DNA of 64,000 bases from a virus. Each line of letters begins with the position of its first letter. Positions within the stretch are counted from its first letter, which is position 1. Shown piece by piece: positions 16,403 to 26,092 of this stretch. The notes under the pieces are model-generated. The model had not been told where the DNA came from. It did no database searches and saw only the letters and a program-made list of their open reading frames with translations. A program made the position numbers and the translations under genes. The DNA lies in the IMG/VR virus record IMGVR_UViG_3300044691_000116, positions 1 through 64,000 of that record; one strand, written 5' to 3'.

Positions 16403-16436
16403 GCCCCGCAGTCGTGTTAGCGCACGCTGCGGGGCT
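16403..16436 (-). promoter_or_regulatory. hairpin in the leader of the endonuclease gene
   Basis: GCCCCGCAG...CTGCGGGGC inverted repeat around GTGCGCTAACAC. Confidence 0.5.
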
Positions 16437-16466
16437 GCCTGAATTCTAATGGATGTGCGTCAAGGA

Positions 16467-17660
16467 TCAAATCACCTCGTCTAGCATTTCGGGGACAACG
16501 GTGTTCCGCGCCACGAGCCCATGCGTCGAGTGAAAGGTCATCGCGGTCGCCTGGCGCTCGGCGATCCAGCCGCCGCGGGCTGCATAGGCATCGCGCGCCG
16601 TCAGCGTCGGGTGCTGAATCACGGTCATGCCGGAATGCTCTTTTTCCTCGACGTGGTGCCGATGGCCGCAATGGGCATAGCGCTTCGTCGTCGCGCCCCA
16701 CACCTTGGGGAACTGCGCCGCGAACAGCAGCGGGAGCTGGTCGTTTTTCTTCAGGTGCCCGTGATGCCAAGCGAGCATCGTCTGCCCATGCTCATAGACG
16801 TAGTACGGCAGCGGTGAATCGATCACTTCGACGCGCGGTTCGTTCTCGTACAGCGCCGCGAACAGCGTGCGCAGCCAGATTGATGACGAGATGTCGTGGT
16901 TGCCTTCGGCCATCAGGACGATGACCTTCGCATGCCGCATCAGCGCGACGTCGACCACGCGGCGCAGGATGCGCACGGCAATCTGCACGACCTTCGGGAA
17001 CCTGCCATCCGCATCGAGGACGAAGTGAGACGTCGGTGTCGTCGGGGAAATTGAGTCCTGGTGCAACCAGTCGCCGAGTTGAGCCACGATGCCGACGCCG
17101 GCCGCAGGGCTGCCGGCGACCATCTGCTCGAAGCAGCCCGTGAGGATGCGCTCGGCGATTTTTAGGTCCCAGTCTGCGCCGCCCTCGCGATTCCAGCAGA
17201 GGCTTCCGACGTGACTGTCCGTCAAAGTGTAGAGGTTGCAGAGGTGCGAGACCGTCAGTGACGGCAGTGGTGCAGGCGCGGCGCGTGGTACATCTTGGAC
17301 CATCGCCTGCACAGCAGCGCGCATGAGTGCTTCGCGCTGGGCGGCATCAGGCGATTGGCGTTCCCAAGTGTCCTTGACCTGACCGAGTTCATTGCGATGA
17401 ACCGTCACCTTGCCCATGAGGTAGCCGGGGGCGACGCCATTGTTGAAATGCCCAGGCGCATGGCCTTGTAGGGCATCCAACTTCCTCTGCTCCAGCGCTG
17501 CGCGATTCTTCAAGCCCTGCATGGAGTCGGAAACGCGCCCCTTGTTCATGCCGAGCGCTTTGGACGCCTTCGCCATGCTCCCGTGCTTCTCGATGGCCTC
17601 GATGTACTCGAGCTGCCGAACGGAGGCCCAGGTGCGGAGCTCGGCGTATTTGTCGATCAT
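16467..17660 (-). CDS. HTH plus calcineurin-like metallophosphoesterase
   Basis: D.H (TDSH), GD, GNHD, HHGH and GHRH motifs; N-terminal HTH. Confidence 0.85.
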   Translation of the reverse strand: MIDKYAELRTWASVRQLEYIEAIEKHGSMAKASKALGMNKGRVSDSMQGLKNRAALEQRKLDALQGHAPGHFNNGVAPGYLMGKVTVHRNELGQVKDTWERQSPDAAQREALMRAAVQAMVQDVPRAAPAPLPSLTVSHLCNLYTLTDSHVGSLCWNREGGADWDLKIAERILTGCFEQMVAGSPAAGVGIVAQLGDWLHQDSISPTTPTSHFVLDADGRFPKVVQIAVRILRRVVDVALMRHAKVIVLMAEGNHDISSSIWLRTLFAALYENEPRVEVIDSPLPYYVYEHGQTMLAWHHGHLKKNDQLPLLFAAQFPKVWGATTKRYAHCGHRHHVEEKEHSGMTVIQHPTLTARDAYAARGGWIAERQATAMTFHSTHGLVARNTVVPEMLDEVI

Positions 17661-17878
17661 TGCGATCCGACGTGTTCGCCACATCGCTCCGTAGATTCAG
17701 TGATCGGCCATACGGTGCAGGCTTCCTCATCGTCAACGATGACGACCGGAGGGAAGCGGAGGCAGAAGCCAGCGGTTCCCTCAGAGTTGCCTTCCCAGTG
17801 GGCGCAGTTTCCGCAGGTGCCGCGCACGACGGCTAGAACGTCGCTCTGCTGAGTCGATTCGGAGGTTTTTCGACTCAT
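17657..17878 (-). CDS. small Cys-rich hypothetical protein
   Basis: C.NC.HW...G.C.R.PP...WP......CGE. Confidence 0.7.
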   Translation of the reverse strand: MSRKTSESTQQSDVLAVVRGTCGNCAHWEGNSEGTAGFCLRFPPVVIVDDEEACTVWPITESTERCGEHVGSQ

Positions 17879-18384
17879 GGCGTTGGTGTGCTTAGGGTTG
17901 AATAGGACCGCTCGCAGGCGAGGCCGGCGATTCGGTTGGCGTCAGCCTCTGCTGCCACGCCTGTCGCAAAGTCGTCAGCTTCTCCGAGCACTTGGGCGAG
18001 CACCCCGATGGGGTCACCGGCTGGCGCGCCTCCATTGGAAGCGGCGGGACTGCTGGCGCCGCGATGGGCAAGTACGTAGGCATTGAGTTGCAGCCGGAGA
18101 GAATCACGAGCGGCACTAGCGCGAGCAGCGCCAGCACGAGCAGCGTCAGCTTGAAGTTTGGCGTCATGGGCGATCCCTTGTTGGTCGGCGGCGATCTTTG
18201 CGGCCTTGGCTTGCTGCTCTTGGGCGAGCCGCATGGAAGCTTCGGCGGTCTCGGCCTTGTTCTTGGCCTCGCCGATGGCCTGCTGATGACTCACGAATGC
18301 TGCATACCCAGCCAGCAGCGCCAGCACGAGCAGGCCAATCCCGATCGCCTTAACGGCGAGCGTCGACAGGCCGAATGGCATCAC
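17875..18384 (-). CDS. Rz-like inner-membrane spanin (DUF2514-like)
   Basis: N-terminal TM, coiled coil, C-terminal AGLACERSY. Confidence 0.85.
   Translation of the reverse strand: MMPFGLSTLAVKAIGIGLLVLALLAGYAAFVSHQQAIGEAKNKAETAEASMRLAQEQQAKAAKIAADQQGIAHDAKLQADAARAGAARASAARDSLRLQLNAYVLAHRGASSPAASNGGAPAGDPIGVLAQVLGEADDFATGVAAEADANRIAGLACERSYSTLSTPTP
17892..18167 (-). CDS. Rz1-like outer-membrane lipoprotein spanin (embedded)
   Basis: Lipobox LSGC; Pro-rich; nested in Rz in another frame. Confidence 0.8.
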   Translation of the reverse strand: MTPNFKLTLLVLALLALVPLVILSGCNSMPTYLPIAAPAVPPLPMEARQPVTPSGCSPKCSEKLTTLRQAWQQRLTPTESPASPASGPIQP

Positions 18385-18647
18385 TTCACCGCAGCGGTAG
18401 TGTTCAGGCGCGCAAGGGCCTGTTGCAGTGCTAGCGCCGTGGACTGCTTGCGCTCCGTCGCGGCGACGATCAGGGCGTCGTCATCGGTCGAGTTCGCGGC
18501 AGCCACCAGCACATCGACAGCGCCCTTGATCGCATCGATGCGCAGGATGGAAGACTTCTGGCGCGTGAACCAGGCGTGCACGGCGATGCCGGCGACGAAG
18601 AGAAGAACAGCGGCGGCAGCAAGGGCGATCAGTTGGAACGTGGTCAT
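18381..18647 (-). CDS. membrane protein in lysis cassette
   Basis: One N-terminal TM segment. Confidence 0.6.
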   Translation of the reverse strand: MTTFQLIALAAAAVLLFVAGIAVHAWFTRQKSSILRIDAIKGAVDVLVAAANSTDDDALIVAATERKQSTALALQQALARLNTTAAVK

Positions 18648-18699
18648 GGAGTTCTCCAATGGAATGGTGCGCGGAGAAAGGGCCGCGCGCGCCCTGGGT

Positions 18700-18960
18700 T
18701 CAGTTGGTGGCGGCCGAAGCGTCGCCCTTTAGGACGGACTTGATGCCGACGGCGACGCCGACAGCAGAGCCCAGAATGGTCATATGCTGCGAGTACTGTC
18801 CGAGGTCAGCTATGGTCAACATGTAGTGCTGATGGGCCAGCATGAAGCCGAGCAAGCCGTGATAGCCGCTGATCGCCAAGCCGCCTGCGACGCGGGTCGG
18901 GCAGAGCGTGGCGCCGTCCGGCTCTGTGAAGATCTGCAGGAGGCGTTCTTTGATGGTCAT
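18700..18960 (-). CDS. holin-like membrane protein
   Basis: 86 aa, two hydrophobic segments, directly after the endolysin. Confidence 0.55.
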   Translation of the reverse strand: MTIKERLLQIFTEPDGATLCPTRVAGGLAISGYHGLLGFMLAHQHYMLTIADLGQYSQHMTILGSAVGVAVGIKSVLKGDASAATN

Positions 18961-18962
18961 GA

Positions 18963-19583
18963 CTATTCCGAAAAGGCGTTGAGCGCCTGCTGGGTGTACT
19001 GCTTGCGCAGGGTCGCTTGCAGCATCGCGCGGCCATTGATCGCGCGGGTGATGGCATCTAAGGCCCCAGCATCGGCCAAGGCATTGAGCTTGTTTGTGTG
19101 CCAGAACCATGCGGCCGTCAGGCATGCGTCGGCGGGCAACGACACCAGCGATGGCGCGTTCAGGTAGTCGTGGGCGAGCCCAGTCGCGGCGTCGGAGTAA
19201 TGTTCTCGGCCCGTAACCTGCAGCAGGCCGCGGCCACGAAACGTGTATCCATCGCCGCTGGACTCGTCGCCGTTGCCGAGACGGTTGGCGTAGACGCGTG
19301 CGCCCAGCTTCGAAGGGTTCTTGGCGTACGGCGCCGCCTCCGATGCGCTCATGAAATGCGACGGGAAGACATCCCAGATGTGCGCTGGATCGCTGTAGAA
19401 GAGATTCTCTTCCGTGTGGATCAGGCGGTCGCTCTCGACCATGCACTGCCCGAGGAAGGCGGCGATACGCGCCGGCGTGTCGATGTCGAATCGAGCGCAT
19501 GCATCGTTGAGGGGTGCCGCGAACGTGCTGGCCTGCGTTGGAGCGATGCCTGCGGCGACGAGCTGCGATGCAGAGATATTCAT
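18963..19583 (-). CDS. endolysin, glycoside hydrolase family 19
   Basis: RIAAFLGQ...ES...EENL.Y, YANRLGNG, FRGRGLLQVTGR and ITRAING. Confidence 0.93.
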   Translation of the reverse strand: MNISASQLVAAGIAPTQASTFAAPLNDACARFDIDTPARIAAFLGQCMVESDRLIHTEENLFYSDPAHIWDVFPSHFMSASEAAPYAKNPSKLGARVYANRLGNGDESSGDGYTFRGRGLLQVTGREHYSDAATGLAHDYLNAPSLVSLPADACLTAAWFWHTNKLNALADAGALDAITRAINGRAMLQATLRKQYTQQALNAFSE

Positions 19584-19587
19584 GCGA

Positions 19588-19767
19588 TCAGCCCAGGTTG
19601 CCTGGAATCTTGGTGCTCAACTTCCCGTCCGAGCCGACTCCGACACCCTTCGCGGCGCCAGGAACCTGCGTCCAAGACGGCGAAGCCGGCACAGTGGCCG
19701 GCTTCGTGACTTTTTCTCCCAGCGGCCTGAACTTGGGCTCGCTGTCGGTCGGGTCGTTCGTTCTCAT
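19588..19767 (-). CDS. small hypothetical protein
   Basis: ATGA-coupled to the upstream holin-like gene. Confidence 0.45.
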   Translation of the reverse strand: MRTNDPTDSEPKFRPLGEKVTKPATVPASPSWTQVPGAAKGVGVGSDGKLSTKIPGNLG

Positions 19768-19937
19768 GGCGTACGCCTCACAATCTTGTCGCGGATGAGG
19801 ATGTAGAGCTGAACCACGGTGTAGACCAGGGTCGCGGCCAGCGCGAGGTTTTGCAGCGTGATGGAGCCGAAGAGGTAGCCGATCCAGGCGGCAGCGACCT
19901 TGAGGCAGGCAGCGAAAGGAGTGGTGTCGTCGTGCAC
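19764..19937 (-). CDS. putative holin (57 aa, below the ORF-track cutoff)
   Basis: GTG start after AAGGA; MHDDTTPFAACLKVAAAWIGYLFGSITLQNLALAATLVYTVVQLYILIRDKIVRRTP has two TMs and a basic tail. Confidence 0.7.
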   Translation of the reverse strand: MHDDTTPFAACLKVAAAWIGYLFGSITLQNLALAATLVYTVVQLYILIRDKIVRRTP

Positions 19938-19961
19938 TGGTTATCCTTTTGGAATGCTGCT

Positions 19962-21965
19962 TCAGACCAATGCGACTGCGGACGCCTGAAACGTCGCAGT
20001 GCCGCCGCCGGTATTCGTGATCGTGGCTGACGGGTCGTTCCCCGTGACGCCGAAGGTGATCGTGCCACCGGTGGCGGTGGAGCCCAGTGTCAAGACGAGT
20101 ACAGCCGCGCCGCTTGAACTTGACGTATAGAGCGCCCACCCACGAACGATGTGCGCCGTCCCGCTCGAGAACAATGAGACGAGAGTCAATCGCTCTTGGG
20201 CGCGCAGCGTTCCCGAGCCTGAACCAATGACGGGCATGACTACGGGATAACTGCCCGCAGCACTGCTACCGACGGCCACGATATTTCCGGTGACATCGCC
20301 TCCCAGCGTGACATCTTCGGAGAAGACTGCGGGCTGCAAAACACCGTTGAATGTGTTTTTTGTCAGCGTTGCAGCACCCAGAGGATTCAGTGCATTTCCC
20401 TGGAACGTGACTCCGGAAATGATGGTGCTGGGCGTCGCTGCCTGCGTGTAACCCACACCGGATTGAAAGGCCGTGATCAAGTAGTTCTGTGCGCCGGCGG
20501 TGTTGTCGGTCTTGATCAAGGTCATGGGTCCGACCGTGATGTTCGTCGCAGATCCGGCGGTTCCCGCTCCGAGATTGATCGCCGGTTGCTGCGAGGTCAC
20601 CTTGATCCTGCCGCCGCTAAGCGTCGAATCCTGTCCGATATTGACCAACGCGGCGCCCATGGCGCCCTCGATGTCGTTGTCGCCATAAGTACAGCTGTGA
20701 GCGAAGGAGACGGCATTGGCTGCGCCGCCGGTCGTGCATCGCACGGTGTTGCCCGTGAAGACGCCGGAGTCCGCCACCACCGCGCCGCCTTGAAATTCGA
20801 TAAACCGCGTATTGGTGATCGCGACCCGACCCAAGGCCGCCACACCCTTCTGTCCAGCGACCTGCGCCGATGACCAGAAGTTGCAGAAGTCGATTGAGAA
20901 CTCGCTGTTCACATCCGAATTCACGACAGTATCGAATAGGAATTCGGCTGTGACGCGCGAAATGTGGCTATCGCTGGTGAAGGTATCGCCCGTGATAGCG
21001 CGCGCGGCGGACGACACCCACAAGTCACGGTGCGTGACGCCGTTCATGTTGCTTCCGCAGCTCAGCGTGAGATTCTGAGAGGGCTGCGTGTAGCCCGACG
21101 GGCCGATCAGGCCCATGTCGCGAATCGTAGACGGCGTGCCGCTGATCCGATAGTTCCAGATCAGCTTGTAGTAATCGGCGGTGCCTACATGATTGGCCGC
21201 AAAGAAGGCCGCGTTATTCGACGTCGTGATCCTGGTCTCATAGGTGCCCGCTCCGTAGAACGTTGACTCTTGCCCAGTCATGCGAATCAAGCCATTCGGC
21301 CGCGCCGTGGTCAGGTTGATCAGGTACAGGCCTTCCGGCGCGTAGATGGACCTAGCGCCCGACCAGAGCGCGAGCTGACACCCGATGTAGTCCCAGGTGT
21401 CGGTGTCCTGAAACGGCTGGGCTGTCGGAGGGGCAAAGGTTCCGCCCGTGCCGTAAGGCGAATTCGCCAGGTTCGTCTTCAGTGGGTTGCCGTTCCAGGT
21501 ATTCCACGGCTTCGCCATGATGGAGATGCTCTGCGAAGCGGGAGTCGCGCCGGTGCCATCGCCAAGCGCCCCGAAGTCCTTCACACTGACTGTATCCGTC
21601 AGTTTGTTGAAGATCGTGCGGAGGATCCCGCCCGACAGGCTGGACAGGAAGCCGACCAATGTCGATCCAGCCGAACTAGCCAGGGTCGCCAAAAATCCCG
21701 TGAGCACGTTCCCCCACCGAATGCCGAGCGACTGAGTGCTGTCGGCAATCGGCGATGTTCCATCGGCTCCGACGGCGAGGCGCCCATCCGCTGCACTTCC
21801 GCGTGCGATCAAATCCCCTTTTGCAGTGGTCGGCGTGTAGAGATCCGCGATGTCTTGCGACGTCGCCTTGAAGTTGTCGCCCGCCTGGACGACTCGAATC
21901 AGTTCAGCGCCAGTGAGCGGGGCCGCGGCCGTTTCGCCGGAGGTCGTTTTGTTGACAAGAGGCAT
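19962..21965 (-). CDS. tailspike with pectate-lyase-like beta-helix
   Basis: RT...KL.D.VSVKDFGA.GDG and IY.P.G.YLI motifs followed by beta-helix-type repeats. Confidence 0.85.
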   Translation of the reverse strand: MPLVNKTTSGETAAAPLTGAELIRVVQAGDNFKATSQDIADLYTPTTAKGDLIARGSAADGRLAVGADGTSPIADSTQSLGIRWGNVLTGFLATLASSAGSTLVGFLSSLSGGILRTIFNKLTDTVSVKDFGALGDGTGATPASQSISIMAKPWNTWNGNPLKTNLANSPYGTGGTFAPPTAQPFQDTDTWDYIGCQLALWSGARSIYAPEGLYLINLTTARPNGLIRMTGQESTFYGAGTYETRITTSNNAAFFAANHVGTADYYKLIWNYRISGTPSTIRDMGLIGPSGYTQPSQNLTLSCGSNMNGVTHRDLWVSSAARAITGDTFTSDSHISRVTAEFLFDTVVNSDVNSEFSIDFCNFWSSAQVAGQKGVAALGRVAITNTRFIEFQGGAVVADSGVFTGNTVRCTTGGAANAVSFAHSCTYGDNDIEGAMGAALVNIGQDSTLSGGRIKVTSQQPAINLGAGTAGSATNITVGPMTLIKTDNTAGAQNYLITAFQSGVGYTQAATPSTIISGVTFQGNALNPLGAATLTKNTFNGVLQPAVFSEDVTLGGDVTGNIVAVGSSAAGSYPVVMPVIGSGSGTLRAQERLTLVSLFSSGTAHIVRGWALYTSSSSGAAVLVLTLGSTATGGTITFGVTGNDPSATITNTGGGTATFQASAVALV

Positions 21966-21966
21966 T

Positions 21967-22278
21967 TCACACTCTCAATTCAAAGGAACCGTCTTCGCGA
22001 AGCTCGAAAGAGCCGTCTTCGCGAAGCTCAAAGGTGGGGGTAAGAATTTCTTGGATCGCCTTGAGCAACTGGCCCGGATCTGTCGGATCAAAGTCAAGGC
22101 CCGCAGCGATGATGACGGTGCGGAATTCCTCGTACATGCCCAGGAACCAGTCGCCGCCGATGTGCGTCGGCGGCGTGGATGTCACCGCATCGCCAGCCGT
22201 CGGAAATCCGATCGAATACTTGGTCTGCGGCGCCCATTCCGTAGGGGCTGCATTGGCAGTCCATAGAAAGTCGGCCAT
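21967..22278 (-). CDS. stand-alone tail-fibre N-terminal-like domain with FELREDGS repeats
   Basis: EEFRTVIIAAGLDFDPTDPGQLLKAI; paralogue of the next two genes. Confidence 0.75.
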   Translation of the reverse strand: MADFLWTANAAPTEWAPQTKYSIGFPTAGDAVTSTPPTHIGGDWFLGMYEEFRTVIIAAGLDFDPTDPGQLLKAIQEILTPTFELREDGSFELREDGSFELRV

Positions 22279-22281
22279 GTG

Positions 22282-22533
22282 CTACAGCCCTCCGGCAGCC
22301 AGGATCTCGACTGCCTGATAGAACTGCTTCAGATTGGTCGGGTCAGGCGTCAGGCCGGCGGCGACGATCACATTGCGGATCGACTCGGCGACGTAGTAGA
22401 AGATGAACGGTCCCAGGACTGTCGTCGCCCCAGGTGTCCAGGCGGCGTTGTTGATTTGGGTAAACCCATACGCCCCCGGAAAAGGAGGGGACGTCGGCAA
22501 TCCACTTGCGTTGGAGGCGTAGACATGATCCAT
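22282..22533 (-). CDS. stand-alone tail-fibre N-terminal-like domain
   Basis: ESIRNVIVAAGLTPDPTNLKQFYQAV. Confidence 0.75.
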   Translation of the reverse strand: MDHVYASNASGLPTSPPFPGAYGFTQINNAAWTPGATTVLGPFIFYYVAESIRNVIVAAGLTPDPTNLKQFYQAVEILAAGGL

Positions 22534-22545
22534 GCCTGACCCCGA

Positions 22546-22800
22546 TCAGATCGCGCCGGCGCGAATGCCGATGTTTCGGATGGCCTGGAACAGCTGCGTC
22601 GTATCGTACGGATCGGGGACGAGCCCGCCGCCAATGATCACGTTGCGGACCTCCTCGCCCCATCCGTAGTAGAACCACGCCCCCGGCGTCGTCGCGCGTA
22701 CCGTGGGCGTTGCGCCGCGAGGGTAGCCAGCAACGGACGTAGCGGGATAGGCGGGGGGCGTTCCGGCCGCTCCCGATTGGTAGGCGCGCGGCTCCATCAC
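22546..22800 (-). CDS. stand-alone tail-fibre N-terminal-like domain
   Basis: ATTPGAWFY...EEVRNVIIGGGLVPDPYDTTQLFQAI. Confidence 0.75.
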   Translation of the reverse strand: MMEPRAYQSGAAGTPPAYPATSVAGYPRGATPTVRATTPGAWFYYGWGEEVRNVIIGGGLVPDPYDTTQLFQAIRNIGIRAGAI

Positions 22801-23579
22801 TTGCCTCGCACATTCAGAAGAATACTTGTCGTGCTGCCAACCGGGATGGCGCCTATTGCCACCAAGCAGTTCGACAAGGTGTGTGAGATGACGGTGGCGC
22901 CGACGAAGTTGTTAGCTCCGCCACTGGTCGCACTCGGATTCGTCGCTGAGACGCGCGGCGTAAACGATGCCGTCGGGAACGCGATGGGGTAGGAAATCGT
23001 GATGATGGTGCTCGGGCCGGAGCTCGTTTCGCACCACTGCTCAATCATTCCACCTGGGAACTTCTGGTAGCCGTTGACCGCAATCGATTGATTCGCGCCC
23101 GTGAAGGCCGAGTTCAGAACAAACGACGGCGCGCCGGTGATCTGGCTCCACGGGTAGGTTCCCGGCTGGAGGACAGACCAGCCCGTCGCAGGAGAGGTCA
23201 AAGTCCCGGTGTCCGGATTGACCGTGTTGTTCTCCGCGGTCGAAACCCAGAAGGCGCTATAGGAGGCAGCCTTGAGGATGGCGCCAAGTGGGTAGCCTCC
23301 GATCGCCGCCTGGAAGGTCGCGTCGCGCTGGAACACGCCGCCCGCCTGAATCCAGCGCGAGCACGCCGACAACTGCTGCAAGATGCCGTTCATGTCCTCG
23401 CCGAAGAACGACACGCCGCCCGAGAGTGGGTCGATGAAGTTCGCGGGCGGGAAGCCCGTATCGAGGCTGGCGTAACCCAGCGTCGAGCTGGCCGCCGTCG
23501 GGATCGGTCGGATGTAGCTCGGCCCCGCGGAGTTACCCCACGGGATCGGGAACTTGGCGGGGATTTGGCTGCTGTTCAT
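22797..23579 (-). CDS. tail fibre protein
   Basis: P.KFPIPW, AS..TGFPP, DMNGIL and AIGGYP.GA N-domain; NGYQKFPGG.IEQW C-domain. Confidence 0.85.
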   Translation of the reverse strand: MNSSQIPAKFPIPWGNSAGPSYIRPIPTAASSTLGYASLDTGFPPANFIDPLSGGVSFFGEDMNGILQQLSACSRWIQAGGVFQRDATFQAAIGGYPLGAILKAASYSAFWVSTAENNTVNPDTGTLTSPATGWSVLQPGTYPWSQITGAPSFVLNSAFTGANQSIAVNGYQKFPGGMIEQWCETSSGPSTIITISYPIAFPTASFTPRVSATNPSATSGGANNFVGATVISHTLSNCLVAIGAIPVGSTTSILLNVRGK

Positions 23580-23590
23580 GGAGGTCTAGG

Positions 23591-24247
23591 TCAAGGGGTG
23601 ACGATGGACATCAGCACGCCAGACGGGCTCGCGAAGGCGCCCGACTGCTGCAAGATGGCGAGGTCGAGAGGCGTAGGCGTGAAGTCGAAGACGTAGGCCG
23701 CAGTCATGCTACCGAGGTCGGAGACGTAGACGTTTCCCTGCCCGGCGAACATCTGCATCAGCGCTGCATTCATCGACGGGATCGAGCGATCGGAGATGTT
23801 CGAGAGCGCCTTGACGAGGATCAGCCTGCGGTAGTCGTCATCGAGCAGGATGTAGTTCGGCGTCTGGTGATTGCTCGTGTTGAACGGCGCTTGGCCGAAG
23901 CCGAACCACGTCGCCGACAGCGCTTCGGCGAACCCGGCAAGGCGTCCGGTCTGGCCGCCGGGCACGTAGAGCGCGCGGCGCACATTGACGATGCGGCCCC
24001 AGATGTCCAGACCGTAGCCTGTGGCCGTATCGATATTCAGGATCGAGTCGTAGAACAGATCACTCAGGCCATCGGCGTTGATGGCATCCGAGAAGGACTC
24101 GATCAGCGCCAGAATTCGTGGGCTGTTCGCGTACTGGCTCAGGATCGTCTGTGGCCAGACCGGCGGGATGCGAGGGTAGAGCTCCGGGCCGACGGGGAGA
24201 TCGACGGTCGAGTCAACCGTCGGATCGAGGAATCCGGGGAGCGCCAT
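23591..24247 (-). CDS. baseplate wedge protein (DUF2612-like)
   Basis: TILSQYANSP, TA.GYGLDIWGRIV and L.DDDYR.LI..KA..N. Confidence 0.85.
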   Translation of the reverse strand: MALPGFLDPTVDSTVDLPVGPELYPRIPPVWPQTILSQYANSPRILALIESFSDAINADGLSDLFYDSILNIDTATGYGLDIWGRIVNVRRALYVPGGQTGRLAGFAEALSATWFGFGQAPFNTSNHQTPNYILLDDDYRRLILVKALSNISDRSIPSMNAALMQMFAGQGNVYVSDLGSMTAAYVFDFTPTPLDLAILQQSGAFASPSGVLMSIVTP

Positions 24248-24249
24248 GG

Positions 24250-25662
24250 TCAGGAGAAGGTCACGGCGATGTCAGTCGCCACGAGCTTCGGGATCTGATC
24301 CATGCGCATCAGGATCGAGTTCTGATTCGCGGCGGTGATGCCCAACAGGATCGAGTAGATCTGTGCCCACGCGCCAATCGATGCGATGCCCGCATAGAAC
24401 CGACTCGCGAAGATGGAGCTGGCGATCCGCGCCTTCAGGCCGCCATCCGTGCCGTTGAAGGCGGACATCACGGCCGCGCGGATCAAGGCGACGGCATTGG
24501 ACGGAACATTGCCGTTGGCCTGCATGGCAATCGCGAACTTCACCGCCGTCGGCGTCGGGATCTGGAAGCTGACGTTGTAGGCCGGAAAGCCTGCGGTGTA
24601 GGCCGGGTTCGTGTCCGCGACCGAGACTGTCGTGCTGCCGTTGTAGTCACAACCTGGATTCTTCTTGCGCAGGATGACGGCCCCGATGTCGGCCGCGGCG
24701 CCTCCGTAGGCCGCCACGTAGATCGAATGCGGCACCAGCGGGACACCGCCGAAGGCGGCCGTCAGCGTGGCCGATGCCACGGTGCCGGAGATGTTGACGG
24801 CATACGTCCCCGCCCCGCCCGTCGTACCGCTGATCTGCTGCGTGACCGCCGTCCCACTCGTCGTCGTGCCACCCGAGAGCATCATTCCTTGCGCGATGGT
24901 CCCCGTCACGCCCGATGCGGTCAGAACAGTGCCGGCGATCGACCCCGTGAAAACAGCGCCGCTGGTGACCGCAAGCGGGTTCTCGAGCGCGTAGGCGTCG
25001 AGCACGCCCGGAACCGCCAGCACTGCGGCGAGGACGGCGCCTGTCTGGCCGGTGGCATTGAGAGCGACCGACTGCCTGCGGCGAAATTCGAAGTCGGCGC
25101 GGGTCTCGACGTTGTTGCCCTGCACGCCGTCGGCGGGGTTCGTGATGGAGTCCCAGCCGGGGATCGACTGATAGATCGACGTCAGGCTTCCTGCCGGGCA
25201 GGCAATGGGGCCGGTCGTCGCGCACGCAAAGGTCAGCGTCACGAAACCGCCGACGGGAATCGTTCCGGCTTCGGTGGCAAAGTAGATGTTGCCGTCCGCG
25301 GCGACTGCCTGGGCTCCGATAGGGATGAAGACACCGACGAGTCCGTAGCAGTTGGCGGTCACGACCGTCGACGTCGCGGCGATCCGCTCGAGGAAGTAGA
25401 TGCGGGCCAGCGCGTCCTGAAACCGACCCGATGCCAGCGCGGGATCGAACCCGTTGGCGATCGCGAGCAGGCTGTCGTTGCAGGCGCCGATGATGGCCGT
25501 CTGCGACTGCGCCAGCTGGCCTTGCGGCGTCACCAACGACGGATTGAGGTCGCCGCCGAAGGCGCTCTGCATGTCGGCTTGCACGCCCGCGAGGATGGCG
25601 GACTCGGCCGGAACGACGATGCCGGACGGGCCGATCGTGATGGATGGGACATTGGTCGTCAT
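24250..25662 (-). CDS. baseplate J/gp47-like protein with an inserted beta domain
   Basis: [26 protein letters not shown] and [10 protein letters not shown]. Confidence 0.9.
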   Translation of the reverse strand: MTTNVPSITIGPSGIVVPAESAILAGVQADMQSAFGGDLNPSLVTPQGQLAQSQTAIIGACNDSLLAIANGFDPALASGRFQDALARIYFLERIAATSTVVTANCYGLVGVFIPIGAQAVAADGNIYFATEAGTIPVGGFVTLTFACATTGPIACPAGSLTSIYQSIPGWDSITNPADGVQGNNVETRADFEFRRRQSVALNATGQTGAVLAAVLAVPGVLDAYALENPLAVTSGAVFTGSIAGTVLTASGVTGTIAQGMMLSGGTTTSGTAVTQQISGTTGGAGTYAVNISGTVASATLTAAFGGVPLVPHSIYVAAYGGAAADIGAVILRKKNPGCDYNGSTTVSVADTNPAYTAGFPAYNVSFQIPTPTAVKFAIAMQANGNVPSNAVALIRAAVMSAFNGTDGGLKARIASSIFASRFYAGIASIGAWAQIYSILLGITAANQNSILMRMDQIPKLVATDIAVTFS

Positions 25663-25678
25663 GGGTGCCCTGAAACGC

Positions 25679-25703
25679 AAAAAGGCCACCCGAAGGCGGC
25701 CTC
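25679..25703 (-). terminator. intrinsic terminator-like hairpin
   Basis: AGGCCGCC-TTCG-GGTGGCCT-TTTT on the minus strand. Confidence 0.65.
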
Positions 25704-25722
25704 GTTGCTGGCGAAGAGGGTT

Positions 25723-26091
25723 CTAGAAGCTGGCGACCGACACCGTGCCGGTGGCATCGGTGACTTGCACTTGGCCGATGACCTTGCGGTCAGTGATGGC
25801 GCTGATGAAGACTTTCACGGAGGTCACGGTGGGCACATTCATCGCGGCGTTCACAAACTGCGACTTCAGAAGTTCGATCGAAGGCGCCTTGCCGATGATC
25901 TCGGCGAAGTACGGGATGCCCTTGGTCTGGTCGTAGTAGCACTCTTGGGCGAACGTCTTGATCTCCGACGCGGCGTCTTGCGCCAGCGCGTAGGGAGCCG
26001 AGGCTTTGGCGATGCTCCCGCTCGAGTCCAGGACCAAATCCCATGCGGTAGGGCTGGAGGGATCCGGATCGACGTACAGCGTAGAAGCCAT
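25723..26091 (-). CDS. baseplate wedge initiator-like protein
   Basis: WDL.LD.SG.IA, AQD.AS.IKTF..E..YD..KGIPY; gene position. Confidence 0.75.
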   Translation of the reverse strand: MASTLYVDPDPSSPTAWDLVLDSSGSIAKASAPYALAQDAASEIKTFAQECYYDQTKGIPYFAEIIGKAPSIELLKSQFVNAAMNVPTVTSVKVFISAITDRKVIGQVQVTDATGTVSVASF

Positions 26092-26092
26092 G

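Noticed and set aside
19962-23579. Tail fibre or tailspike as DGR target
   Set aside because: No TR-like sequence was seen at their 3' ends by eye; a BLASTN would be needed to exclude it fully.
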